Positions 12,901 to 32,793 of a stretch of DNA of 64,000 nt are shown here, in pieces. The stretch's first letter is position 1; each line of letters starts with the position of its first letter. The position numbers and the translations under genes were made by a program. The notes beneath the pieces were generated by a model. That model saw only the letters and a list, made by a program, of their open reading frames with translations. It made no database searches and was not told the DNA's origin. The stretch comes from Adineta vaga (taxonomy: Eukaryota; Animalia; Rotifera), in NCBI GenBank assembly GCA_021613535.1, contig CP075497.1:2232001-2296000 (forward strand). The letters are read 5' to 3'.

Positions 12901-15900
12901 TTATGATCCTATCAATATTGATAAAGCAGCACATGGCGCGGAAATACAGGTTTGTTTTACTTATACATTCTCATCTCTTTTCGTTATCAAAATATTTTGA
13001 TCGAATCATCGATTCCTTTTCTTTTTTGTTTATATCAACGACATGACAACAAGTTTCAAATATCATTCTCGACAATTCCTTTTTTCTCTCGTTTTGTCAA
13101 ATCGGGAATAGTATTGCGTATGATTTTGTCGTGACAACAAATATATACACATATATTCTGTCACTAGGGGTAAAAGTAAGATGTTGAAAGAACAAGAGAA
13201 AAAAAACAAAATCTTCGATTGTGAAGGTGAAACCACATGAGAACAATGCTTCTTGTTCTTTTTTCCATTCACTTCTAATTAATTGTCACTTTATTCTTCG
13301 ATATTTAAAAAATAAAAAGGAAAGAAAAATCGTCGTTTCCTAGCAAAATTCTCCATGTCAATTTCAAACGATAAAAGGAAAGAAGAAGAAGAAAAAGGAG
13401 CAATTACATATACAAAAGAACTTCCATTTTTTCTTCTTTTTTTACGTCAAACATTTTTTTCACACTAGTCTCAATTGTGTTTGAATAATAAAAAAAAGCG
13501 AAGTGAAAAGAAATCGAATACTCCGAGGTAAAATGAAAGTCAAACTTCTACTAGTGATATCACTTATCAGATATTCATATACACATAAACCACTCAGTCA
13601 GCATGTTTTTCAGCGAAGATAGACGAACGCTCTTCCAACACGTAGGAATTCAGCTTAAGCTTTGTCCTTTTCATTTGCCTTTTTGACTTTGATTTGAATT
13701 TTTTAAGAAAATGGCTCGTCGACAAGATCGTAAAGTGATTAAAATCGAAGCCGGTTATGGTTCCGATCGGCAAACAATGATTATCAAACGTGATTATGAT
13801 TTACGTGTACGTGATGTTCAAGAAGATGCATCGAAAATATTTAAAATGCCTGTTGATCAAATCATACTCTACTGGAAGGTAAAGAAAATAACTTCAATAA
13901 TTGACGAAAACGAAAATGAGTCGATTTTTCTTTAGGGACGAAATATTTGTAATACACCGAATGAACTTTTAGAATCATTAGGAATTGAAAATAATCATCA
14001 AATGCGTGTTTGTAGAGAAGATGATCCCGCACAACAAAATCGACGACGAGAATTACTTTCAAATCAACCAAATAATTCTTTTAATCAACAACAACAACCT
14101 CCACCACAAATGCACAATCAATTTCAACAACAACAACAACAACAACAACAGCAATACAATGCTAGTCCACCGTAAGCTATTCACCTTTGAAAATGTTTTC
14201 TTTCTTTCCCAAATGACAAGCCAAAGGTGAAGAGCACTTTTATTCAATCAAAAAGACATTTTCAAATAGAAAATGTTAAAAATAACCATTTTTACATCTA
14301 ATTTTTATCTTTAACGCGTCGATTTTTTAGAGTTACTTATTATCAACAACCAATACAAACTCAAACAATCTCTCCACCTGCGGCTACAACATTTCTTCAT
14401 AATTTACAAATTGGTATTGGTGATCGAGTTGAAGGTCTTGTCATTGGTCGACCATATCCATCAACAATATATGATTTACAAATTGAATTACAACAACGTT
14501 TTAATATACCTATTCAAGAACAAAACCTTTCTTATAACGGTACATTATTAACACAATATCCACCTGATACATCATTGGATAGTATTGGAATTGTCAATAA
14601 TTCATTTATTTCACTCTGGGTTCGAAATTCATCTTCAAATAATCCACAACAACAACAAATATCAGGTTCATATTATGGCGATGGATCTCAGTCGGGATAT
14701 AATAATGGAAATCAGAATGATATGTCACCAAGGTAAGAAAAAATGAAAAAAAAAGTATCACAATTCATTTGAATATCTTATAGACGGATTGATAACAATA
14801 ATGTTAGTGATAATCAAGATGTTTTAAAAATCGAAATATTTCACGGTAGAAAAAACGAATTTGATTTTGTTTGATGAAATATGAATGTTTGTTTGTATTC
14901 AGGTTCTGATCGACATATTCTTATTCTACGCAGTACAAATAATTTACGTATTGCAGATTTAATGGAAGAATTACAACGAATTACAACAGTTCCTGTTCAA
15001 AATCAAAAACTCTTCTTCCGTGGTCAAGAATTACAAAATGTCAAAGATCGTACATTACGTGAAGCTGGAATTGATAACAATGCTCAAGTTCGATTAATTG
15101 GTGATCCATCACGAGCACGATATGAACCAATGATAACTAACAATCGACCGAATTAATCTCGCCTGAGAGACCACATACAAAGACAAACCTATATATACAT
15201 CATATTTTCTTCTTTTTTTTTCTTGTTATTCAATCCTTTCTACACCTTGACTAAAAACGAAACAATTTTGTAAATAAAAAGCAAATAAATCATAAGGCGC
15301 CATGATCTTTCATTGATTAGTCAATGATGTCTTCTTTCAATAACAATTCAACATCGGTCTATTATATTAAATTACAAATTCAATATGGTTCGGATCTCTA
15401 TGAACTTTTACTATCGAATAAAGAAAAGAAGATTTCAATCGAACAAGTTCTAGATGAAATCGAAAAACGAACAAAAGTACCGAAATGTTATCAAATTTTG
15501 ATGTATAAAGGACAACGTTTAGATCAAAAACTAAAAGCAAATCTTGATGGACTTTATATATTTAATAACAGTAAATTAATTTTATTACGAACACCAAAAC
15601 AAATCTCTGATGAACAACAATGTCAAAAGAAAGTTAGTTATTCATCGATCCAATCACCGCAGAATATAAACGAAGAAGACAAATGTAACGACAAGAATTT
15701 CGTAGAAATACCTTCGCATCCAATGAATTTTATCCCGGAAGCAGATAAAATTTATGAGTAAGAGATTTTACACACACACATCAATCAAAGAAATTCTTAA
15801 CCTATTTGTTTCTTTCAAGATATTATACAGTTCCATATCGAACTGATCCAACAACTCTCTTACAAAATATGTCATTGTTATCAACATCGAATAATCATCA

Positions 15901-17687
15901 ATCATAAATTATTTACCTGTTCTTTTTCGTAATACCGATGAACGAGGTTTTTGATTATTGCGCATATAATTCCATAAATATTCCACTGAAATAAATAATT
16001 AAACTCGTAAATTTCTTCTAAACAAAACTTAAACAAAGATACCTTCGTTGATTGTTTGAACACAATCATTACATGCTCGATCTTCTTTACTGTCATCATG
16101 TATTAATTTGATTTTTTGCCAACAACACGTCGAACAGAACACTTTTCCGCAAGCACGACAATGATGACGACGACGAGTGATTGAAAATTTATTTGCACAT
16201 TTCATACAAGCAGGAGCGAGATCATCGCTTACCCATTCCGGTGCAACAGAACCCAATCGTTTCTGTTCTTCAGTTAATTTTGCCCATGCTTGTTCGACAC
16301 GAATCAATTCTTCGTTTACAGGTGTTGTTACAGCTGCTGCTGCTGCTTCTGTTGCTTCTGATGCAGTTTGAGAAGAAGATTCAACAGGAGGAGGTGATGG
16401 TTGTCGTTCTGTAGTAGTCGTATGAAGAGAATCAGATGAATTCTCATCCGGATTATTGTCGACGATGTTATTTCATTTGTTTGTTGTGAATTGACAATAT
16501 CTTTTAATAAATTATCGACTCGATCGATTTCTGCAGGAGTTAATTGATGAATATCAGTATCGGATACATCAATACTAGCAAGCATTTCATCGAGAAAACG
16601 AAAGTCTTCATTATTATTTGTTGAAACTGATGTTGTTGGAAACGTTTCTCGTTGTTCGATATCAACTAAATCGACTTCTTTCTCGTCAAGTAAACTTTCA
16701 TCCAATAATTCTTCATCAGGTTTATCAAAAATTTCCGATAAAATATTCTTTACAAGATCAAAATCACGAATTGGTGTTGTACTGGTTGTTAATTCTACTG
16801 GAGGATTAAGTGATGATTGAATTAAATCCTCGGTTTTTATCTCTTCCGTTATTGGCATTTCCGTTGTTTCTTCTACTTCATCATCTTCACATGGAGTAAA
16901 GAGAAGTTCCGATGATGTTTGAAGTGGTTCAAGATCAATACCAGATGGATTAGGAGCGATATAATCCTACAGGGAAATACAAAGATTTTCTTTGATTTTA
17001 TTTAATTTTCTTATTTACTTCAAGATCCGATACAGTTGCAGCATTAACAATACTATCAACACTATGTAAAACTGTTTGTGTAGAAGTTTCTTGTGGAATA
17101 AGATCAGGTTCATTTTTATCTTCTATTCGATTATTTGATGTTGGTTCTGATTGAATTTCTCCGTCATTAAAAGTCGATAATGAAAGAATTTCTTCTTGAT
17201 TACCATTAAGTAATGAAGACTGTTCATGAGTATGTTGTAAAATTTCTTCTCGTACTTCAAGTTCGAGTTGTTCGACAGCTAATGGTAAGGATGTTGATGG
17301 GATTTCTTCTTGTTGATTGACAATATCCGGTAGCATAGGTGGAGATATGATTCGTGGATCAATAACAATCGATGATGCATATAATTCTTGAAGATCTTGT
17401 TTAAAACGTTCGAGTTTATTCTCGTCCTGTCCATTGAATTGATTTTCTGTATTGCTATATGGATCCAAATCGAGTAAAAGTAATTCATCAACTGATTTAC
17501 TCGATGGAGGTGTAGGAGACGATATTGGTAGAGATATTTCGTTTATTTGATTGACATGGTTTTCTTCAAGATCCGATTGATTGACTAAAATATCAGTAAC
17601 GAAACAAATATAAGGACGTTTGAATATTAAACAAATCCTACGCTTCTTTTCTAATTGATCAAGAACAGCATCAATATCGAAATCCAT
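9938..17687 (-). CDS. ZFYVE9/ZFYVE16 (SARA/endofin) homolog: FYVE finger + C-terminal DUF3480
   Basis: N-terminus MDFDIDAVLDQLE. FYVE signature WVSDD..CMKC..RRHHCRACGKVFCSTCC. Then KSVTFDDGVKPG, FTRGLCTVAQDE, FPLRLLLRLG and VNRGVRSPID, ending LELVFYLLD*. Contains a 3665-bp intron (15916-12252) and an apparent 1-nt indel near 16470. Confidence 0.9.
12564..12586. other. Assembly gap (23 N)
   Basis: Run of N characters. Confidence 1.
12686..15156 (+). CDS. Protein with three ubiquitin-like domains and a polyQ linker, nested antisense in the ZFYVE intron
   Basis: Exons 12686-12949 (phase 0, possibly an alternative first exon), 13708-13878, 13936-14171, 14331-14732, 14784-14845 and 14903-15156. 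Three UBL motifs: MPVDQIILYWKG, IPIQEQNLSYNG and VPVQNQKLFFRGQEL...TLREAGI. Confidence 0.8.
15324..15907 (+). CDS. Single ubiquitin-like domain protein (BAG1-type UBL, no BAG domain), nested in the ZFYVE intron
   Basis: IKLQIQYGSD...VPKCYQILMYKGQRL...IFNNSKLILL. A probable second exon runs from about 15820 to a stop at 15907. Confidence 0.7.
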
Positions 17688-19611
17688 CTCACCAAAGAGA
17701 TGAAAAAATCTAAAAGACTAGAAAAAATTCGATTTAAATAAGGTAAAAAAAACATGAATATTAAACGTGAGAAGTGCTGAATACTAGTAACAAAAAAAAG
17801 AACGTAGATAAGTAAATGCCAATGACAGACAAAAACACTAAGCTGAATGAATGAGTCATATCTGTATTTTTATCAACTGTAAACTTTATTTTCATTAAAG
17901 AATGAGAATTTTCTACCAATGAATCAAAATTGATTTTCGTACATTTTATCACGGTATATTCCACTCAAATCGATCGAGAATGATAATAATTCAAAGTTCG
18001 CTTCTATTCTAATCGGTTAATCTTATCAACCAATAAGATATTTCAACCAAAAGAAATTTTATTTTCCTATCAAAATAACTATATTTACTAATCAAGTAAA
18101 TTACTATCATCATTTTGTATTTTACAGATAAATCTAAACAATCATTTGAAATTAATCTCGAGATAATTTACCTAAATGAAAGTTAATAGATACATTAGTG
18201 TACACGAGGAAAGTCATTTTAATCTGAAAAAGTGTTTCTCTTTTCTTCTCTTAAGTTGATTATCTAAAATAATACTTTCCATATGAAAGTAAGTAAGTTC
18301 AAAGTCGCAATAAGCGACATATTCATGGGAAATTGTTATTTTTTCGTTACGAATAGAATTCATATGAAATTGAATTTATGAATCATTTTAGATAAAAAAT
18401 CTTTGGTTTTGATTCATTTTTTAGTCATAAATCAATAAAGTGGTTTTGAACTTCAATTCTAATTGGTTAACTTTTCTCACCAATCATCGGTTGAAATGGT
18501 CAAGTTCTTTTTCCTTTATTGTGCGTATATTTATATATATATAACGTTACACATACATTGTCTACTGATTCATTCCTTCATCAATGAAGTAAAACAGATA
18601 ATGATGCTCACACGTCATTCTATCTGTGTATAGATATTTTATATATATTATCGATTGAGTAAACTCATAACACGTTTCTATTTCCTTACGTAAATAACAA
18701 TTAATCTCTTCTCTTTCCTCGTATAGAACAGTTGCTCTCAACAAAAATGCTTTCACCATCCGATAAATGTCATTCATTTGTAATACAAATCGACGTAATT
18801 ATCTAATTGATATTTCATCTGCATTCGTTTTTTCTTAATTGTCATATTTACTCTCTATCTAATCACAGAAAAAAAAGAGAACACAGTTGCTTAGCAGCAA
18901 GTTTTGATATTGTTCTCTGGAGAGTAACAACTAACAATATGAATCCATAGAAAAGCAATACACTTCTTCTTCATCTTCTCTCTTTAGTACAATTTAGACG
19001 ATTACATCTTATTTTTTTATATTTTATTTCGTCCATTTATTGCCGGCATTTCTTCTGCTTTCCTCTTTTTTATTCTTTCGCTTTCTCCTTCTCCTTCTCT
19101 TTCTCTCTCCCGTTCAATTTGATGTGCACGTTTGCCCTTCATCAAAGCTCCCTCCCCCACTTGATTATTGCATTAGTTAACATTTTGAGGACGGAATATG
19201 AGTGTGAACGAAGTATAATACATCGACAGAGGAAGAAAAAAAAACTGATCTTATGTAATCCGTTTTTTATTCGTAAATTGTCTAATGTGCATATACATCT
19301 GTTCAAAGTACATCTCATCTTTTCTTCTGCTCCATCGGACGCTTGAAACTTCAATACTGATTATTCTTAGTATATAGAAACAAATCTATATACAATGTTC
19401 ATTTTTCAAAAAAAAGGTTTCACATTAACAGACGATGAGAAGTTTGTCAGCATGTACTGATTTGTGTGAATGTAGTAAACACATCCAGACAGATCATTTA
19501 CATAAATGTTAGAGACAAAAAAAATGGATAAATTCTACTTTTTTCTTTTCATTCTAGAAGATTAATTGTTCAGTATTAGAACGACGACGACGAACGCCAT
19601 TGTAGACAAAA

Positions 19612-20591
19612 ATGGCATCATCGTTGCTACTACTTTTATTCCATGGTAAGTCGAGATTATTATTCTTTTCATTGTATGAAAGTAGACAATAACATGAGAA
19701 TCTCTTAACTTGGGATTAATCATTCGATTGTTGTATCAAATTCTCAAAAGAAAAGCCTAATGATAAACACATTTAATACGTAGTTAGAATATTTAAGAAG
19801 AAAAACACAACGGAAGAGTCACGTAGAGCGAGGGAATAGAAAGAATCTGAGTTATATCATCGAAAATATTTGCATTTTATTCAACATATCTTAATGAAAT
19901 GAACGTGTGATTATTTAATGATGATTTCTTTTCGATTAAGTAAGTAAATCGATGAAAATTTTCTTTTTATTTTCTTTATTTAGTATTCTGTTTTCTTCAT
20001 GTGGTGATATTAGTAAAAAGCGATTCTTCGAATCGAATGATTAATGAACGTCCAACTGTTGAATTGTCCGTTTTTCCCAATGCTGGAATTTCCACCGAAA
20101 ATATTCAAGTTCGATGTCAAATTATTCAACCAATCTCAAAATCTCCATTAGCATCATCAAAATTTGATAATGTTTATCTATCTGTTAAAACAGATAATGT
20201 CAAACCATCTGGAATTTTCTTAATGTTCGATGATAGTAGTGATGGTTGTCGAATTAATCGAGAAAATGTTCGAGTTGATGTTTGTAATGCCTCACTTCTA
20301 CTTGTTCATATTAATCATACAATACTAAATGAAACACTTCAAAAAATAGATTATTCATGCTCGAAAGGAAACACTTATGCTTATAGTTCATATCGAATAA
20401 TAAGTAAATATTGATCTTTTGTATAATGAAGGAGATTGAAAAAATAAAATCTTTTTTCGATTTTAGAAGATCAATCAGCACGTTATTATGATCCAACATA
20501 TAATTCTTCAACATCTATTTCTTCTTCCATCGTATTCTTTATTTGTTTTTTTATACAAATTTCACGAATAACAACGATGTTCTATCATTGA
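19612..20591 (+). CDS. Small cell-surface protein with an Ig-like domain and a GPI-like hydrophobic tail
   Basis: Exon 1 (MASSLLLLLFH) splices to 19984. The middle exon has PTVELSV..IQVRCQI..IDYSCS. The last exon ends NSSTSISSSIVFFICFFIQISRITTMFYH*. Confidence 0.55.
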
Positions 20592-21308
20592 TAATCTCTC
20601 TATGTGTGATAAAGATCATCCGCTCGTTATTTTATGCATGAAAATCTTCACATGATAACACACAGATATTTTTCATTTCTCTGTCTCTCTTGTTTTTTTT
20701 CTTCTGTTTATCTTTATTTCTACTTTTATATATTATCGTGTTTAGAAAGATATATATGTATTGAACATGGTTCATTCCAGAATCTCTAATAGAATCAAAG
20801 AAGAAAGATAAAATAACATCTGATTGTTTTTTGTGCACTTTTCTTTTTCTTATACAACTGATAGTTGAGAATGCAGATAAACTATTAAGCATATCTATTT
20901 CTTTGTTTTCTCTCTCTCTCTTCTTCCGGTACTTATCACTTTTTTTTTGCTTCCTTATATATGTGAATGATTGCTTCTTTGTTTGTTTCAAATACATCAT
21001 CATCATCAGTAGCAGCAGCATCTTTAATAGATAGATAAACAAAAACCCTTTTCCCTCTTTTAGATAACAATGAAATTCTCAAAACATATTTCCATGTTCT
21101 GACATCTCATTTCTCTAGATTCTTCATATGTACAAAGCATAAGTCCTAATTCACTTTGTAACGAATAAAATTCTTCAAATTATTGTTCCAAAGAATATTG
21201 AATAACATAAATCGATTGATAAACATTCTTGAATTTATTGCTTCTTAGATTTTTTTAGATCTGTGATATATTGTTAAATCGCATTTTCCTGCGCTTGTGC
21301 GCATTGAA

Positions 21309-29856
<8,548 letters not shown>

Positions 29857-30211
29857 AAGAAAACGATTATTTTATCATTTCAGTCAGATTTTATACGATC
29901 TTCTTCGATTTTTCTGAAACTTTCTTTCGAATCTCATGTCTGTGGATTTTCTCTCTTCATCATTTCCATTTATTCCGACTCACTTGTTGATCTATTTATT
30001 GTTTTGTGATCTTTCATTTCATGTCCGGTCTATTGAGTGCATTCTTCTCAAGCTTCTTCGCACGCTATGATGTTCAATATGCACATTAGTCGAAAATTTT
30101 GTGAATTGTGAAAAAAAAAGAAACTAATTTTATTTTAATTATCAATCAATAAAATAAACAGTGATATAAAAATGTATTTAATCTTGAAAATTCTTTCTTT
30201 CTTTCTTTCTT

Positions 30212-31600
30212 CTAAAGTTGTGTACTTTCAATATCAAGATTTGTTCTATTGAATTCATCATCGATATCAGAAATTACTACTTGTCTATGACGTCGATCGA
30301 ATCGAAGTATCATAAGAATAATAGATGTTAAACTCATTGATATTGAAAGAAGAAGAATACCAAGAAAAAATGAACCGGTATGATCTTTTAAAATACCTAG
30401 AAGTGATGGACCAACTGCACCACCAAGATTTCCAATGGAATTAATAAAACCAATCGAACCAGCTGCTGCTGCTTCACTTAGAAATAAACTTGGTAATGAC
30501 CAAAATGCTGGTAAATAAGCTTTTGTTCCAATCGATGTTAACGTAAATAGAATAATTATTGTAGTTAATGGTTGCTTTTGAATTAATGTTAAACCAAGAC
30601 CAATCGCTCCGATTAGAATAGGTATAGCTGCATGAAAACGTCGTTCTTTCGTTCGATCTGAACTAAATCCAACAATTAACATTCCAAAAAGAGAGCCACA
30701 CGGTGGTATCATTAATAACCATGTAAGAATCGAATCATTTAATCCATACCATTGACGAAGAATAGTTGGAAGGAAAAGTTCTACACCATAATTTCCCGTA
30801 ACAATAAAGAAATAGGCAGCAGCTAGAAGAAGAACTTTTATATTACGTAAAGCTTGAAATATTGTCATATGTCCATCCGCCGCTTGTCGTCGTTCTAATT
30901 CTAATAATAATTCATTTTCTAAAGCTTGCCGTTCATCATAACTTAACCAATTAGCATCTTTAGGTCGATCGGTTAAAAACAAAAGAACAAGAATACCAAG
31001 AATAATGGATGGTAAACCCCAGAAAATGTACATCCATTGCCAACCTTTCAGATTAAATAATGTTCGATAATGAATCATATTTTCGGTTGTACCCATACGA
31101 AGAATATAATAGGAAATTTTTGGACTAATTAATTGAGCGATTGGAGTAGCAATAAGAAATAAAGAAAGTGCTCGTGCTCTTGCTTTGCCTGGAAACCAGT
31201 GTGTTAAATAAACAATAACTCCAGGAAAGAAACCAGCTTCAGCAAGACCTAATGCAAATCGAAGTAAATAAAAATGCCATGGTTGTTTGACAATTGCTGT
31301 AAGTGATGCTAAAATACCCCATGTAATCATTATTCGACATATCCATTTTCGTGCACTCCATTTTTCTACAAGTAATGTTCCAGGAATCTCTAATAGTAAA
31401 TAACCAATGAAGAAAGCTACTTGTCCATATGCAAATATCGATTCTGTGTAAAGACGAAATGAAGGTAAATCATCAATCATTTTAAGTTTAGCTAATGAAA
31501 CATTATTTCGATCAACATACGCGACAATATACGAAAGAAATAAAAGTGGTAATAAACGCCAATATGCTTTTAAAATAGCACGATTTAGTAAAGACACCAT
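30212..31600 (-). CDS. Intronless ACS-family MFS transporter (TtuB/tartrate transporter-like), bacterial-type
   Basis: 462-aa single-exon ORF with RLLPLLFLSYIVAYVDRNN, EIPG..SARKWICRIMITWG, RFALGLAEAGFFPGVIVYLTHWFP, GWQWMYIFWGLPS, SSDRTKERRFH and INSIGNLGG. Confidence 0.93.
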   Translation of the reverse strand: MVSLLNRAILKAYWRLLPLLFLSYIVAYVDRNNVSLAKLKMIDDLPSFRLYTESIFAYGQVAFFIGYLLLEIPGTLLVEKWSARKWICRIMITWGILASLTAIVKQPWHFYLLRFALGLAEAGFFPGVIVYLTHWFPGKARARALSLFLIATPIAQLISPKISYYILRMGTTENMIHYRTLFNLKGWQWMYIFWGLPSIILGILVLLFLTDRPKDANWLSYDERQALENELLLELERRQAADGHMTIFQALRNIKVLLLAAAYFFIVTGNYGVELFLPTILRQWYGLNDSILTWLLMIPPCGSLFGMLIVGFSSDRTKERRFHAAIPILIGAIGLGLTLIQKQPLTTIIILFTLTSIGTKAYLPAFWSLPSLFLSEAAAAGSIGFINSIGNLGGAVGPSLLGILKDHTGSFFLGILLLSISMSLTSIILMILRFDRRHRQVVISDIDDEFNRTNLDIESTQL

Positions 31601-32793
31601 ACTTAGACAGACCTTCTCACCAATTCAAACTTTTAATAATCATAAGCATAAGATAGAAATGTTAATCTACATTATACTTTATCATTCCGATCGATAAAGG
31701 TTATATAAAAAGATCATCGTTTCAATGTATACCCACGTGACTTGCTTGATCATTGTAAAATATGTAGAATTGACGAATAATTTATTTTCAACAATGACAA
31801 ATCCAAATTAATTTGACAAGTTTTGACGGAAGAGATGTATGTGTTGATGGAACTACGACTTTATTTATATCTTCCTCTCATAAATGACATCTTTTACAGA
31901 CACAAACACGCCGTTATATTTGTACAACTAAAAGAAAGAGATATGTATATATATACATGTATAACAGAAAAAGAAAAATCAGAAAAATGGATAGAACGAT
32001 ATCGTTGCACTTTCGGATGCAAATCAGACGTACTCCCGATTGTCTACAAAAAATAAAAAAGAACATCGTCCAATGAAAATTCTGGATGAGATATTATGTG
32101 AGCAAAAATATGAACCCAAAAGACCGAACAGTGTTCTGTAAAAGATTAGCATCACAATATTGAAATTTACTGGTAGCTTTTGAAACTTTCGGCGTTAATA
32201 ATAATGATGTTGAAATGTTTTGCGGTAAAACTAACTAACAGTTTGTATGAATACCAGTGTAAGATTGATGGATGGAACAAATCACTCCTATTGAAAGGCG
32301 AACACTTTCATGACTTCTGCTCAAGAATGAGTCAATGGATGACACAGAGTGTTGGGATCACAATCAACCGATAAAATTGAGATTGTTAGTATGAAGATAA
32401 AGGGACCATCGATAATTGTTGTGCCGAGGAGACGAAAAGTTATTACAACATTATACTAATTAATCGCCAAGGGATTGGAAGGATCAATTGCCAGGGTCGC
32501 CAATCTTGATGAATTTGTTAGGGAAAAGTCGGTATGTGCTGATGGAGCTACGCCTTTATTTATTTCTTCGCCTAATAAATGGCATCTTTTACAGACAGAA
32601 AGAGAATAACCAAGAAAAAAGGATAGAACGATATCGTTACAATTACAATATTTCACAGTGACTTAGGTTGAGAATAAGTGATAACAATAATTTTCGAAAG
32701 AGACTATCAAACGATGAAATCTGATCAAAAGAAAAGCTCAAATAATGAAAAATAGAATAAACTCGATAGATTATCACAAATTAAGCTCGAATA

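Noticed and set aside
17761-19354. Short ORFs between ZFYVE and the Ig-like gene
   Set aside because: They are low-complexity translations of AT-rich non-coding DNA with no motifs.
20632-21042. 136-aa Lys-rich minus-strand ORF
   Set aside because: It is the antisense reading of a T/C-rich 3' UTR.
30212-31600. Bacterial contamination as the source of the MFS gene
   Set aside because: Base composition matches the host, there is no gap nearby and there are no neighbouring bacterial genes.
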